DNA of 64,000 nucleotides from a virus (IMGVR_UViG_3300020179_000028:1287-65286); one strand, 5' to 3'; shown: positions 31,401 to 40,677, numbered from the stretch's first letter. Numbers and translations: made by a program. The notes: generated by a model from the sequence alone, not told the origin.

Positions 31401-33225
31401 CAGTCGCCTGTGCTTGTTCAGCAGTTAAATATTGTGTTTGATTTCCTAATGTAGTTGAAGACTGTCCAGCCCTATTAAACACAGACTTCATATTTACAAA
31501 TAATTTAATAATATTAGCCAAACCATTTGCTAACAAACCAAAGGTCATGAGAAATACTGGACCTATTCCACCTAAAAGAGTAGTTAAAATAACAATAAAC
31601 TTTTTTGCACCATCTCCCAAATTATTAAATTTATCTAATATCTTACTAACAAATTCTACAATTGGAGTTATTGCTTTTAAAAATTGTTCTCCAACTGGTG
31701 CAAGAGTTACCTTTAAATCTTCTACTGTTTTCTTAAATCTATAAGTTGTAGATTCTTCAACTCTTGACAATTCTCGTTCAGACAATATAGCAAGTTCTTC
31801 TGTTGTTGCTTTTGTTAATGTTAAAACACGGCTTGCCTGATTTCCTTCAGCAATTACATTTTGGAATAAAGTAGATAGACGAGAAAATTGAAACTTTCCA
31901 AATAGTTGCTCTATTGCACGTGCACGATTAAGAGGGTCTAAGGTATTTAATGCATTTGCAAAGTCAACCACAACACCTTTAACATTTCCTTTATTTGCTT
32001 CAACTATTCCATTTATATTTATTCCCATTGCTCCAAGCATTTTGCTTGCTTTTTCTGTAGGATTAATTAATGATGCTAAACCTGACTTTAGTGCGTTTGC
32101 ACCCTCTGAGGCATTAATCCCACCTTCTTTCATAGCAGTTAAAAAGAATGCCAAATCTTCAACATCTCCGCCTAATTGCTGCACTACTGGACCAGCCTTT
32201 GGAATTGCTATAGTTAAGTCTTCAATAGATACAACAGTTTGGTTTTCTACTGCGTTTAAAAAGTTAATTTTTTTAGCAAGATCTTCAGACGCTAACCCGA
32301 AAGCATTTGTTAATGATATTGTGGTCTCTAATGCCTGTTCTTGTTCTACTCCACCAAGTACTGCAAGTCTTGTTGCTTCATTTACTTGAGCAATAAGGTC
32401 TGCCCCCATCTTACCGCTTGCTGCTGCTGTTGCTGCCATCTCCATAGTTTTTTCAACGGCAACACCGTATTTTGTAAATTCTTTAGCAAGTAATTGAACT
32501 TCTTTAAGCATCCTATCTGTTTCTTCACCAGTAGTAAACATTTCACCATAAACACGCTTAAACCTAATTGCTTGTTCTTCTAATTTCATAAATGTTTTTG
32601 CTGCTACAGTTCCAAGATAGGCTAGTGGTATTGTAAAACCAACCATCAACTGACGACCAGACCACTGAGTATTCTTACCAAAGTTAAGCATATTTGTAGC
32701 GCCCTGCCTTAATAGTTGATTAAGAAGCGCTTGTCTTTGTGCAGCAATTGCGGTTTGTGTTCCAAGATTTTTCATGTCCAAAGATAGTGGTCTAACAGCA
32801 ATAGACTTCATTGCACCGTTTGCATCACGGCCCATCTTTATATATTGTGTTTGTAGATCTTTTACTCGTTCTCTTGCTACTTTGTTGATAGTGTCAAATT
32901 CTGATCTAAAAAATCTTCCAAATGTTTTTGTTGAACCCATTCCATAGCGGTAATACTCCCGCATAGATAATTTATTTCTCTCTAATGCATTTGTAAAAGA
33001 TTCTGTAGTTGTTCTAACTGTCCGCATAGATGCAGACCATTTGCCTGTAGCATTAAGAGAATTAATTAAATTTTGTTGCATGTTGGCGGAGACGGCTGCT
33101 GCTGCAGCACCACTCTTCGCCATTGATGTATGGAAGGCTGATATTTGTTTTTGTAACGCTTTTATGCTGGCTAATGCTTGAGACGTATCTATATTTACAT
33201 GAATATTAGATTGAACATCAGCCAT
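25417..33225 (-). CDS. Tape measure protein, 2602 aa
   Basis: TP901-like TMP core (GINASEGANALKS), hydrophobic Ala/Gly segments, two MLTPGE motifs. Follows the tail chaperones. Confidence 0.93.
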   Translation of the reverse strand: MADVQSNIHVNIDTSQALASIKALQKQISAFHTSMAKSGAAAAAVSANMQQNLINSLNATGKWSASMRTVRTTTESFTNALERNKLSMREYYRYGMGSTKTFGRFFRSEFDTINKVARERVKDLQTQYIKMGRDANGAMKSIAVRPLSLDMKNLGTQTAIAAQRQALLNQLLRQGATNMLNFGKNTQWSGRQLMVGFTIPLAYLGTVAAKTFMKLEEQAIRFKRVYGEMFTTGEETDRMLKEVQLLAKEFTKYGVAVEKTMEMAATAAASGKMGADLIAQVNEATRLAVLGGVEQEQALETTISLTNAFGLASEDLAKKINFLNAVENQTVVSIEDLTIAIPKAGPVVQQLGGDVEDLAFFLTAMKEGGINASEGANALKSGLASLINPTEKASKMLGAMGININGIVEANKGNVKGVVVDFANALNTLDPLNRARAIEQLFGKFQFSRLSTLFQNVIAEGNQASRVLTLTKATTEELAILSERELSRVEESTTYRFKKTVEDLKVTLAPVGEQFLKAITPIVEFVSKILDKFNNLGDGAKKFIVILTTLLGGIGPVFLMTFGLLANGLANIIKLFVNMKSVFNRAGQSSTTLGNQTQYLTAEQAQATAVAASLQQVHVKLQQTFTSEIAALNALTQAYQRAILAQRGFGGPVIGKGRKGFAKGTKKVKPFYFSTGTDTVPAMLTPGEAVIPAKSAQDPANKPAIAHMIAGGIMSRFAGGTRGAGDFSHIGTPRTVGALDLVNRLKALPAGIISARAMQAIEAVAMKFANTLKIHLYGKLGITTGMSNVNGQQVSMNNLMKPGGRGVGKGEFMQDWDQRGLSRWKIALKNGGMKMQDVAADLSILDTHMKDYLTSLDANTRVTDKHVKEAYEYARRQMGAQNRLVRAFDQLAVTAGEARVNISQAAQRMAGLPSVPGGGSKGAIDVNGMKMRRGGDRFTFYKKTGFSLVDFAEKSMVEGMMERAKIASPSRVTKKIGADIAVGAVVGMKEYVDDARVAGQQLGTAVTSGAMSQAQMAAASRAALYGAGPIDPAQKALRRQLEKQARLSALADKRMIRQSQVTGMVAAGAGGTGGASGGGPGGKGRGRFFGGFRRPPADPNNPKTGMGAGGAMMAASAITMGAAMMPGAIGDMAQKIMLPLMALTLVLPLLQSKLGLLAVGIGLVIAAAVRLRMAFDKAQDSAMKLAQATGSGQDAIRGLAKFAGGVTAGEVMDRRRKDAVNPFAIQTGKTTFGESYVASKEGKDLVKATGQNIEGMGRAGAQNTMVNQLATAVSSGAMSAAQARSVAANIGKELGDYGFGIQVNAKLIELIGVNGENLLTDPLEIRVKLMEETRKNVQSFGDKAKAAGGWTGKDMMKVGAMGTGGGALAGAATGAVIGSVVPVIGTAIGASVGAITGAVAGNLFSRKDRAERIGAASGASIAMQKMALEQQQEMMDSLDISYEKRIAEARAAGNTAKVDELTNKHIKDRADLLLQNGKLLQDIAASYSSAEGATRDALDRGVDKAITGKYKGTVMEDVAKLAKQDLNDNQNITAEQRYLLKMELASGEIDPMQMINLLESFGDNKEAMTKVLNIITKFGGAFGNQIMSTASLFVDKDGNPVKDVQTRFIAKIESSGNPEEAERLRSFYAMVAKTGNVLNTTIITDFLLKNPKVAERLMQQTEQIEALKGKIDFVVASKVLNADQLKILNDDLDYFNSIKTDELKKVYLQTLIQTITTVSPDDPALQSWLKAEGSQWANSPPGTQLQEYAQWNAQRVTVTATDNTTSVVPKGSGGGGKKQTSPLDELVKKLRDVRKNQIKVTEGWTASMKTLDQLFGGKKRLEMFSGIEQDIAKYGGKSNLIEFIVGMDPKEYENRKNSLFKFDNKRNIIGLKRDAKTIQEVLNGIVAGDYSSQMKQQKQVLQDQADAYKILRDAGLSYADTQELISDKAFAAMIASDGNTEAAKKLIKLLKQVKKLSKNAEQTTALQQDIESKRKEDAARSNLAKAAKSQNWSWLEADAILSDDTLRDAMSRWDSVVNDPKLFAEFKTRLNQVLNSIEFKESIFQKGFDKAMEKFSVMETKIELDFQFATLKDQDIIEKAQDKIAGLNYKIDDWEASLKGIEEQEQKINDKYDAKFKALDEIREINERISKQQKGQLTIADALSQGDISAAAKAAQDLRADQAEQALNDQQKLLEAAKENELAQVRNDKGYTRAQIEDQIKKLRNEIFEIEEKELEPAQERVRIAEANKRELIQSLTVLGKSKLEWEAIKNRIDLARTSSAEYMQAIQAALDVVEDIIKYWNSLDGKIITTTHKIITVYEGGGSGPGPGPGPGPGPDPEVVPDPVIPDPEVVPDPVIPDPVIPDSNTKPKTGDGNATKSNGTKDDVTIVKDVNSGGSVADLHRQDLARIANAVTVANITKNAGQTAGLHVQDLFNMKDRANAFSKEIINANIKKMGGGAYAHLDELTNTPAQKAASAAAFTAEVKAANAKKKADAAAKAKAAADIKKFGGNAIAASQFANWPSGKASGGLIKRYAVGGSVIGTDVIPSMLTPGEFVMSRYAVQNYGVDKMRAMNNGDVSDSSVYNYSVAVNVRSDANPDEIARAVMTQIRQVDSKRLRSVAG
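26195..26325 (-). repeat. Coding tandem repeats in TMP: (GP)n then PDPEVV/PDPVI units
   Basis: ggatctggaattacg / ggatctggaactacttct and ggacct/gggcct repeats are directly visible. Confidence 0.9.
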
Positions 33226-33251
33226 TCCATAACACCTCTATATTATTAAGT

Positions 33252-33578
33252 TTATACGTTTGCAAGACCGCTTATTAGCGAAGCATCTGTTAATTTGATT
33301 CCAGAAGCCTCTTCTACGATCTTGTAAACGGTTGGAAGATCAAAGTTCTCCTCAAGAGCAGTTAAATCTTCCGCCAACTCTGGCTTATATTGCTGCATAG
33401 CAATTGCTACACATTCCATAAGCAGAGTCATTGACTTTTCATTATCATCAGCCACTGCTGCGATACCCTCAAACTTCTTCATAAATGGACGAAGCAGAGA
33501 GATCTTAAGTGGTCTTACTTTGATTTTTGTGCCGTCAATTAGTACGATTTCTTTTTGTTCGTGCACGGTTGTAGCCAT
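33252..33578 (-). CDS. Tail assembly chaperone, short (gpG-like)
   Basis: Between tail tube and TMP. Paralogous to the N-half of 33630..34313. Confidence 0.75.
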   Translation of the reverse strand: MATTVHEQKEIVLIDGTKIKVRPLKISLLRPFMKKFEGIAAVADDNEKSMTLLMECVAIAMQQYKPELAEDLTALEENFDLPTVYKIVEEASGIKLTDASLISGLANV

Positions 33579-33629
33579 TAATTCCTCCTTATAAGGTTGA
33601 ATTAATTATACCATAAGGCCATTTTATTT

Positions 33630-34313
33630 TTAATCAGAAATTTCTTCATAATCTAGTCCCATGCCTATTCCAAAACCAGCCTTTTGAGCATTAATCCCTT
33701 GTAATGAAACAATATCGTTTGAGTTTGTGGCTTTACCACGACTAAAGACTCTAGCCTTCATATCTTCCCAGGCATTTGATTTCTTAGTGTTTTTATCTAA
33801 ATCTACCCCCTGAATTGCTGCATAAAACTTTTTATCTGCATAATCTATTTCTCGTTTAATATTTAAGGTGGCAGTTAATTCTGGCATTGACATTGAGGTT
33901 TCTAATTCCTCGTAGTCCTTCCATATTCCAAGAAGAAATACTTCTGATTCTAGTTTAACTATGTCTAATTTTTCCCATGAAGATCCGCTATCCACTGCCT
34001 GATCTTTTACTTTTTCTTTTGAGTCTTTGTCTATTTTAATACCAGCAGCAATATCTAATATCTTGTATATTGTTGCTAAATCTATGCTGTCTTCTAACTG
34101 TTCAATTGTTTTTATGGCTGGATGATATTGCTGCATTGTAATTAAAGCACACTTTGCCAATTCTCCTATTGCCTGATCGTCACCTTTAGCGTTTCCAACA
34201 TTTTCAAACTGTTTCATAAATTGACGAAGATATTTTATTTTTAATGGAGTTATGTATATTGATGTGCCATCAATTAAATTAATATAATCGCTGTCATATA
34301 TTTCTGTAGCCAT
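33630..34313 (-). CDS. Tail assembly chaperone, long (gpGT-like)
   Basis: G-like N-half plus a C-terminal extension (WKDYEELETSMSMPEL...). Confidence 0.75.
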   Translation of the reverse strand: MATEIYDSDYINLIDGTSIYITPLKIKYLRQFMKQFENVGNAKGDDQAIGELAKCALITMQQYHPAIKTIEQLEDSIDLATIYKILDIAAGIKIDKDSKEKVKDQAVDSGSSWEKLDIVKLESEVFLLGIWKDYEELETSMSMPELTATLNIKREIDYADKKFYAAIQGVDLDKNTKKSNAWEDMKARVFSRGKATNSNDIVSLQGINAQKAGFGIGMGLDYEEISD

Positions 34314-34330
34314 CTATTTATTATACCAAA

Positions 34331-34368
34331 CAGAAAAGCCCAGACTTTCAAGGGTCGTGGGCTTTCTG
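34331..34368 (-). terminator. Intrinsic terminator after the major tail gene
   Basis: Minus strand CAGAAAGCCCAcGAC...GTCTGGGCTTTTCTGTTT hairpin with U-rich end. Confidence 0.75.
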
Positions 34369-34383
34369 TATTATTAAGTTGTA

Positions 34384-35007
34384 TTATGGTGTTACAGTGC
34401 GATCAATGATCTTACCGTATGAGCCTGATGCGTCATCTGGAAGAAGACGGAATGAAACTTCAAACATTGTAGCCTCATCACGTTTTGCTGACACTGTTAC
34501 ATTTTCAATTGAAAGTGCACGGTATGCAACATAAATTCTTTCCTTGTTGGAAGATGCATCACAATCACCAGTTCCTGGACCGACAGCAACTAAACCACGC
34601 TCTACTGGGCATTCGCCAAGATTACCTGATTTGATGTTTAATGTCTGCCCGCTGGAAGTATCCTTGTCACCTGTAAGATCCGATGCGGATTCTGCAACTG
34701 CAACAAGAAGGTTTTCCAATGTGGATTCAGCAAAAGTAGTGTTTAGGTTTACTTGCATGCCTTGTTTAAACAACTTAGCAACGTCAAGAACCTGATCAAC
34801 TTGAACCTCACCGAAATCTGGCTGGAATTGTAATTCCAAACCATTCATAGTATATCCGATTGAACGGAAATCGTTATCGGCGTCCATTGTTGCGGAATAC
34901 TTTGTTCCAGAGACGGGAGATGGGTTTCCACCTACTGCCAAAGGTTCCTCGGCAATCCATAACTGGGCTGCACCAACGATAATGTTATTACTATTACCTA
35001 GAGCCAT
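34384..35007 (-). CDS. Major tail tube protein
   Basis: NIIVGAAQLW...IGYTMNGLEL...VDQV...TFAESTLENL. Has its own promoter and terminator. Confidence 0.85.
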   Translation of the reverse strand: MALGNSNNIIVGAAQLWIAEEPLAVGGNPSPVSGTKYSATMDADNDFRSIGYTMNGLELQFQPDFGEVQVDQVLDVAKLFKQGMQVNLNTTFAESTLENLLVAVAESASDLTGDKDTSSGQTLNIKSGNLGECPVERGLVAVGPGTGDCDASSNKERIYVAYRALSIENVTVSAKRDEATMFEVSFRLLPDDASGSYGKIIDRTVTP

Positions 35008-35078
35008 TATTTATTTCACCTCTTTATTTTTCTAGAAATTAAAAGGCGTGTTTCCTCATTGCTAAGTATACAGCCTTT

Positions 35079-35621
35079 TTATGAATTTATTGAGTCTATA
35101 ATATCTTGCATTTGATGATAGTCGTAGTCGATAATTATCTTATTCCCCGCATAGGTTCGGGCTGTTCCGAAATCGACTATATCTCGTGCTTCTTCTAACT
35201 GATATATCTTGAAGTTATGGAAGTAGAACTGGCAAGACATTTCATCAAAGGTCTTACCCCTAGCCCAAGCATTGAGTTCTTGAGCGCTCTCATCTCCACG
35301 ATCCATTAGTCTCATTACAGCCTCTTGTATTTTTACCATTCTTTTTTGTGGAGTATCTCCACTTAAATCTCCATTTGCATAAAAATAATACAAAACTTGT
35401 TCACATTTGATATGTGGAAAAGGACCTCTACGCATTCTAAACATTCTATCCCAAACAACCATATTCCCTTCTGGAAACTGTTTTGTAAGAGTTTCTAAAG
35501 TTGATGGGCCTGTTGGGAAAAATGCTTCCATTGTATATCCAGTCAAATCACCAATTCTTTGCTCTAAATATTTGTTAATCCACAACACTGGTGTATTTAA
35601 TACTGACGTTGATTCTGTCAT
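35079..35621 (-). CDS. Probable tail terminator/completion protein
   Basis: Synteny, immediately before the tail tube gene. Confidence 0.55.
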   Translation of the reverse strand: MTESTSVLNTPVLWINKYLEQRIGDLTGYTMEAFFPTGPSTLETLTKQFPEGNMVVWDRMFRMRRGPFPHIKCEQVLYYFYANGDLSGDTPQKRMVKIQEAVMRLMDRGDESAQELNAWARGKTFDEMSCQFYFHNFKIYQLEEARDIVDFGTARTYAGNKIIIDYDYHQMQDIIDSINS

Positions 35622-36292
35622 CTTCCAACTCCTGCGTTTGCTATCCAGCGATACCCTGTTTGATACCCTTTTATTTTTCCACTTTTTTTACCAGCAGACA
35701 TATTCTTTTTATATGCTACAGGATTTTTTAAATATTGAGCAATTCCACTTGTTCTTAAAAATGCTTGAGTAAAATATCTTGTAAAAAAAGAATCAAAAAC
35801 TTTTTCAAATCCTCCACGAACTTCTTGTCCTCCAGGATCAGAAACATTAACTGGTTGTTTCGTAAAAATTTGTTCTCCATTTATTTCAAATGATAGTGCT
35901 TGTGCTTTTTTTGGAACAATGGTAACTGGAATACCCTTTTCCATAATTTTGGCCTTATCATAAAAAGGAACTCTTGATCCATTTTTTATTGATGTAGACT
36001 GTTTAAATGTTGATTTAAATGATAAACCCAAATTACTAGAAACATAATCTATATCATATAGCCTAGAGTCTGGACTTCCAGTTCTATTCCATTCATAAAC
36101 ATGATGCAACATTTCAGGATTTACTCTAGCATTTGAGTCTATGTATTCTTTCATTAATTCTACAGTTTTCATACCAAGCACACCTAAAAATGCTTTTTTG
36201 CCACCCTGAATTCCATTCAAAAATCCTACTGAATAATCAATAATATTTTTCATATCTTTTTTAAACATTGCATTGTTAAATCTAACTATCAT
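35618..36292 (-). CDS. Probable neck/tail-completion protein
   Basis: Synteny. Basic protein with IVPKKAQALSF motif. Confidence 0.55.
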   Translation of the reverse strand: MIVRFNNAMFKKDMKNIIDYSVGFLNGIQGGKKAFLGVLGMKTVELMKEYIDSNARVNPEMLHHVYEWNRTGSPDSRLYDIDYVSSNLGLSFKSTFKQSTSIKNGSRVPFYDKAKIMEKGIPVTIVPKKAQALSFEINGEQIFTKQPVNVSDPGGQEVRGGFEKVFDSFFTRYFTQAFLRTSGIAQYLKNPVAYKKNMSAGKKSGKIKGYQTGYRWIANAGVGR

Positions 36293-36735
36293 ACATCTAC
36301 CGCCTGATTTTCAGATCTACGTACAACTAATTTATAATACTCAATATTTCCAAATGGACCTGTAAACGGATCGTGTGTAGCAATCTCAAATATAGTAGAC
36401 TTGCCAGATCTAGGTCCAGACGTTTCTTTGTAAATTTCATTACAATTTTTATCTCTTATGTTTGTAACAATAACATTTGTAATTGCATTTTTGGCTTCAA
36501 GACTTGATATTCTAATGTCTGATTTACAACGACCAAGCAATATTTTATCTTGTGTAATATTAATGTTGGGGGTTACTTCCTCTTTAAAAGCCGTTCCTGC
36601 TGCTGTAAAAGAACATGCTATTGTCCTATCTAATATCCAAGTTTTTTTAACTTCTCCGTAAATACCCTGCTCAACTATTGGATGATACACATCTGCTTGC
36701 ATCGGAAATGCGAAGTCGGTTTCTTCGCACAACAT
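36289..36735 (-). CDS. Probable head-closure (stopper) protein
   Basis: Synteny, size and beta-rich pattern. Confidence 0.55.
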   Translation of the reverse strand: MLCEETDFAFPMQADVYHPIVEQGIYGEVKKTWILDRTIACSFTAAGTAFKEEVTPNINITQDKILLGRCKSDIRISSLEAKNAITNVIVTNIRDKNCNEIYKETSGPRSGKSTIFEIATHDPFTGPFGNIEYYKLVVRRSENQAVDV

Positions 36736-37625
36736 TATAGAACTCCTGGCTTAGTTATTGATTTAATATACTTTTCTAAAATTTTATCTACAAGAAGGTT
36801 TCCAGTTCCATACACAATTCCTTTGTCAAACTGAATTCTAAATTGATCTGTATTGTAATTCGTTATGTACCTCTTGTAATAATCTAATTTTCCACACTTA
36901 ATATCTTCAATTAACATGTCGGTTGCTACTTCAACATCTGACGGAACTTTAAGATGTCCAACATCCAACACAAAGTCATAGTCTACGCCTTTAGGAAAGT
37001 CCGTGGGAACATAAGCCACGTGTCCCAAATCTCCATGTGCGGTTGCAATTTTTGTTATGTCGTGCTCCATCCTGTTTCTTCGTTCGCTTGCAGTCGCCAC
37101 ATCAATTTTATAAATGGCAGACTTATCCGCTAACAATCTATATTCTGCGTCATAATCTTCTTCATTATCGCAATCATATACTAACAAACTATTTTCATAA
37201 ACTTTTAAAACCTTGTTAGCATTATGCCAAACAGGAAAATAGTCTGAACCATTTCCAGAAGTGTTTATGATAACTTTTTTATTATAAAAGCCGTCTTTAA
37301 TGTATGTGTCAATAAGGGATCTTGCAATTAACTCATAATTTTTATATTCATTAATCTCGGTTGCAGTAGAGGCTTTAGTATTTGGATTGATATAAGGACG
37401 AACTACGTCTACATATGTGTCATTTGCTCCTACTGTTATCTTATATTGTGTATCATATTTTGATGACAAAGGAATTAATATTTCTTTATCAGCGTTTGAG
37501 GTCGCTACACCTATTGTTTCTGAGGAGTCCGCCAAATCAACAATAGCATAATTATATACTGTGTTAGCAGATGCAACATCAAGCGTAACATTTAAATTGT
37601 ATGGCGGAACTCTCAGAACTTGCAT
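36735..37625 (-). CDS. Head-tail adaptor
   Basis: ARSLIDTY...VPSDVEVAT...VDKILEKY, a gp15/gp6-like pattern. Confidence 0.6.
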   Translation of the reverse strand: MQVLRVPPYNLNVTLDVASANTVYNYAIVDLADSSETIGVATSNADKEILIPLSSKYDTQYKITVGANDTYVDVVRPYINPNTKASTATEINEYKNYELIARSLIDTYIKDGFYNKKVIINTSGNGSDYFPVWHNANKVLKVYENSLLVYDCDNEEDYDAEYRLLADKSAIYKIDVATASERRNRMEHDITKIATAHGDLGHVAYVPTDFPKGVDYDFVLDVGHLKVPSDVEVATDMLIEDIKCGKLDYYKRYITNYNTDQFRIQFDKGIVYGTGNLLVDKILEKYIKSITKPGVL

Positions 37626-37627
37626 TA

Positions 37628-38089
37628 TTACCTACCAAATTCCCTTGCCACTTCTTCTGGGGTAGCAAGTCTAATATATTCTTTAGTTGCCCATTGATCT
37701 GCAGCATTCTTAGTTACAATGTTGTAACCACGATATACTTTGCCCAAACCTGGAATGGTTATATTTTTTGTAGAATATACTGCAACTTTTTCATTAGCGG
37801 GCTTTTGATTTGTTGGCGCCTCAACTGTTTTTGGTACCCAAGTTACTCCGATTGCTCCGTCTGCGACAGATCCTAGTGCCTGAGTTTCAGAAGAACTTGC
37901 TAAATCATTTGAAGTGATAGCAGTTACTTCTGGCTCTGGAGCAGAAACTGTTGCCTGAATATTGTTTTCTAAGGCAACCTCTTCGACCTTTGTCTCAAAC
38001 ACAGGAGCCTCAACAACTGGCTCTTCGGCTAACATTGCTTCCACAGAAAATTCTGCATTATTATTTAAATTATTTTCTTCCATTATCAA
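37628..38089 (-). CDS. Acidic hypothetical protein downstream of the capsid gene
   Basis: Low-complexity E/V/A/P N-half and a compact C-terminal domain. Confidence 0.6.
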   Translation of the reverse strand: MIMEENNLNNNAEFSVEAMLAEEPVVEAPVFETKVEEVALENNIQATVSAPEPEVTAITSNDLASSSETQALGSVADGAIGVTWVPKTVEAPTNQKPANEKVAVYSTKNITIPGLGKVYRGYNIVTKNAADQWATKEYIRLATPEEVAREFGR

Positions 38090-38126
38090 CCTCCTTATGA
38101 CTATTATAACAGAATACTAAAATTTA

Positions 38127-38159
38127 AGAGGGGGAGGAGATCTCGCCCCTACCCCCTCT
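38127..38159 (-). terminator. GC-rich hairpin terminator after the major capsid gene
   Basis: AGAGGGGG...CCCCCTCT inverted repeat followed by TAAATTTT on the minus strand. Confidence 0.7.
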
Positions 38160-38179
38160 CAAAGGTTACTGTTTACAGA

Positions 38180-39325
38180 TTATGAAGCATCTGCAGCAGC
38201 GTCTGCCCAAGTAATAGCGTCTTCCTCTTCCCATTGAATACCAAAACGGACGAAGACGGTATACTCGATTGTATCCTTCTTTGCCTTGTATTCACGGTTG
38301 ACGACGATATCACGTTGGAAGCCCCATACACGATTCTGTGGGAATGTCAAATCGACATAACCATCTGGATAGTAAGGAACTTCTTGGACATCGATTCCGA
38401 GAACACGAGTTGTACGTGCTCCACCGAATGTCTGGCCGTTTCCATCAAGATATGCTTGACGGTTTGCAGCAGTACCAGCAACACGATTACCCATTGCTTC
38501 AGCAATTGCATCAGCAAGAGTACCGTTATGCTTAACGATACCAGCAAATGTGTCTGTACCTACATAGAACTTGAGGTTATTCTTAAGAGCACGATACTTA
38601 CGTGGCATGCCTAGAATAATCTCTTGCATTTTTTCTGGTGTCCAAGCATTATCAGCAACGGTCAACGCCACTTCGTGCGAATCTCCATTGTCCTTGTGCT
38701 TCTTGACGAATCCCTTCAAAATTGAAAGGAAGTTTCCAGTTGCACCATCGCCATTAATAGCGAGGTCTTCAATGTCATTAGCGAATGCGTTTGTCATCAA
38801 GCGAACTAGATGATCTTCAAGCGCAGCCCCTTCAACATTGTCTTCAAGTGCTTCAGCAGTAACTTCCCAATCTAGACGAATCTTCTTGGTTGTAAGTTCA
38901 ACTTTGCTGAATGTAGCACCAGTGTTAGTGTAGTCACCGACACCTTGAGCAGCAGAACGAATTACTCGTTCACCCACGTTAATCTTTTCGAGTTCCATGG
39001 TATTTGCTCTCATTGTGACACGACGACCATCCTGGGCGAGAACTGTGGCGTCCCAAACGTAATCAATGAAACGCTGTGCCTGTTCGGGGCGTAGGATACC
39101 GCTTCCAGCCTCACCTGAAGGATTTACTGCATTTGGTCCTGTTGTAAGACCTAGGTTAGCGTTTGGAATATTTCCAAGAACGCCACCATCAGTATAATTG
39201 CCAGGGATATTTGAGCCTGCATCAGAACCAGATGCATACGCACCTTGTGCCTGATAAAGACCTGGTGTTGTTCCACCGAGTTGGCCTGATTCTCCTGGCT
39301 GGTTTTTCTTTATTTCTTCCGACAT
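38180..39325 (-). CDS. Major capsid protein (HK97 fold)
   Basis: GILRPEQAQRFID...EALEDNVEG...FANDIEDLAINGD. Follows the protease. Confidence 0.9.
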   Translation of the reverse strand: MSEEIKKNQPGESGQLGGTTPGLYQAQGAYASGSDAGSNIPGNYTDGGVLGNIPNANLGLTTGPNAVNPSGEAGSGILRPEQAQRFIDYVWDATVLAQDGRRVTMRANTMELEKINVGERVIRSAAQGVGDYTNTGATFSKVELTTKKIRLDWEVTAEALEDNVEGAALEDHLVRLMTNAFANDIEDLAINGDGATGNFLSILKGFVKKHKDNGDSHEVALTVADNAWTPEKMQEIILGMPRKYRALKNNLKFYVGTDTFAGIVKHNGTLADAIAEAMGNRVAGTAANRQAYLDGNGQTFGGARTTRVLGIDVQEVPYYPDGYVDLTFPQNRVWGFQRDIVVNREYKAKKDTIEYTVFVRFGIQWEEEDAITWADAAADAS

Positions 39326-39348
39326 ATTGTCACCTCCGAGTTTTGTAC

Positions 39349-40677
39349 TTAATTAAATAAGTCGGCTGTTTTGAGGAAACGTCCGCCCCATAAGGATTTT
39401 TCAACCATAGTTTCCTGTGGTCGATCCTGAACGATCTCGCCTAGATCGCCAGACTTTCGGAATGCGGTATCTGCTTCTACTGCGTCTACACGCTTTCCAA
39501 ACTCACTAAATCGTTCATTAGTTGCAGCAATATCTCTGGCGACTGCATCAAACGAACTTTTTACTGTCTCTCTGTCAATTGCAGTAGACTTTAGTACTTC
39601 TACTTCAGCCTGCAAAGACTTAAGAGTATTTGAAAGATCGCTAAAGGCCGATGTAATAGTTTCTTTAATTTCAGCAATTGCATCAATAACAACTACTTCA
39701 TCTGACTTCTTCTTTGCTTTATCTTCCTCTTTTTCATCTTCTTCTGCATCTTTTGCGGAAGGCGATGCTGCAGCCTTTTCTGCTTCAGCGACTTCAATTG
39801 TTTCTACAACAACCTCATCAACTTTTTCAGTTTCGACTGTTTGAGTTTCTTCAGCAACAGGAGCGATCTCTTCTGCCTTAGTAACTTCTACTGTCTCTTC
39901 AACAGTTTTTGTTTTCTTTGACATAGGATTTACCTCCTCCGTTATCTTAGAAGTATTCATGCCTTTAGCACTATCTACTAAGAATTTTACTATATCCATT
40001 TTTTCGTTGTCTTCTTTTTCAACGAAACCTATATTTTTCATCTGCTCACCATTAATTGGACTTACAGCAGACTCTTGATCTGAAACCATAACAATTCCAG
40101 ACTGCTCATCATAAAAAACATTTTCTAATTCAACATCTTGACCTTTAACAACAGCAACACCATCAACTTTTTCCACATGCATAATGTTTGCAAATTGGTT
40201 TGCTGGAGAATCAACAAGTGATAACTCTACAAGATCATAATCTTTAATAATTCTAATTGTGGCATCTGACTTCTCATCATAACCGTCATCCCACTGATTC
40301 ATCTTGCCACCGATTGAGAATCCTGTTAGTGTGCCGTCTAAAACCTTTTCCCATGTATCTTGTGCGCCTTTTGAAACATATGCAGAAACAAAAACTCCAG
40401 AATAAAACTTTTTAGATTCTGGATCAAAATATCTATCTTCTTTAAAATTAACCATCTTGCCAACAGCAAGTGGTTGATGCATCTCACGAATGTTGCCACG
40501 AAAACCTGCAAATGCTTTCATTGATGCTTCTTGTGTTACAATATCACCTTGCTTATCTAAGTTATCAAGAGACGCAAAACCTGAGACGATACGTCTCTCT
40601 TTATCAACCTTCGCAAATGGAAGGGAAAGTCTTACGGAGTCGCCGTTGGTTGCCCAATGGCCTTTGGATATAGTCAT
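39349..40677 (-). CDS. Prohead protease fused to an acidic scaffold
   Basis: VSGFAS..D.QGD, REMH, GFSIGG, ELSLVDSPAN, then an acidic coiled-coil tail. Confidence 0.9.
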   Translation of the reverse strand: MTISKGHWATNGDSVRLSLPFAKVDKERRIVSGFASLDNLDKQGDIVTQEASMKAFAGFRGNIREMHQPLAVGKMVNFKEDRYFDPESKKFYSGVFVSAYVSKGAQDTWEKVLDGTLTGFSIGGKMNQWDDGYDEKSDATIRIIKDYDLVELSLVDSPANQFANIMHVEKVDGVAVVKGQDVELENVFYDEQSGIVMVSDQESAVSPINGEQMKNIGFVEKEDNEKMDIVKFLVDSAKGMNTSKITEEVNPMSKKTKTVEETVEVTKAEEIAPVAEETQTVETEKVDEVVVETIEVAEAEKAAASPSAKDAEEDEKEEDKAKKKSDEVVVIDAIAEIKETITSAFSDLSNTLKSLQAEVEVLKSTAIDRETVKSSFDAVARDIAATNERFSEFGKRVDAVEADTAFRKSGDLGEIVQDRPQETMVEKSLWGGRFLKTADLFN

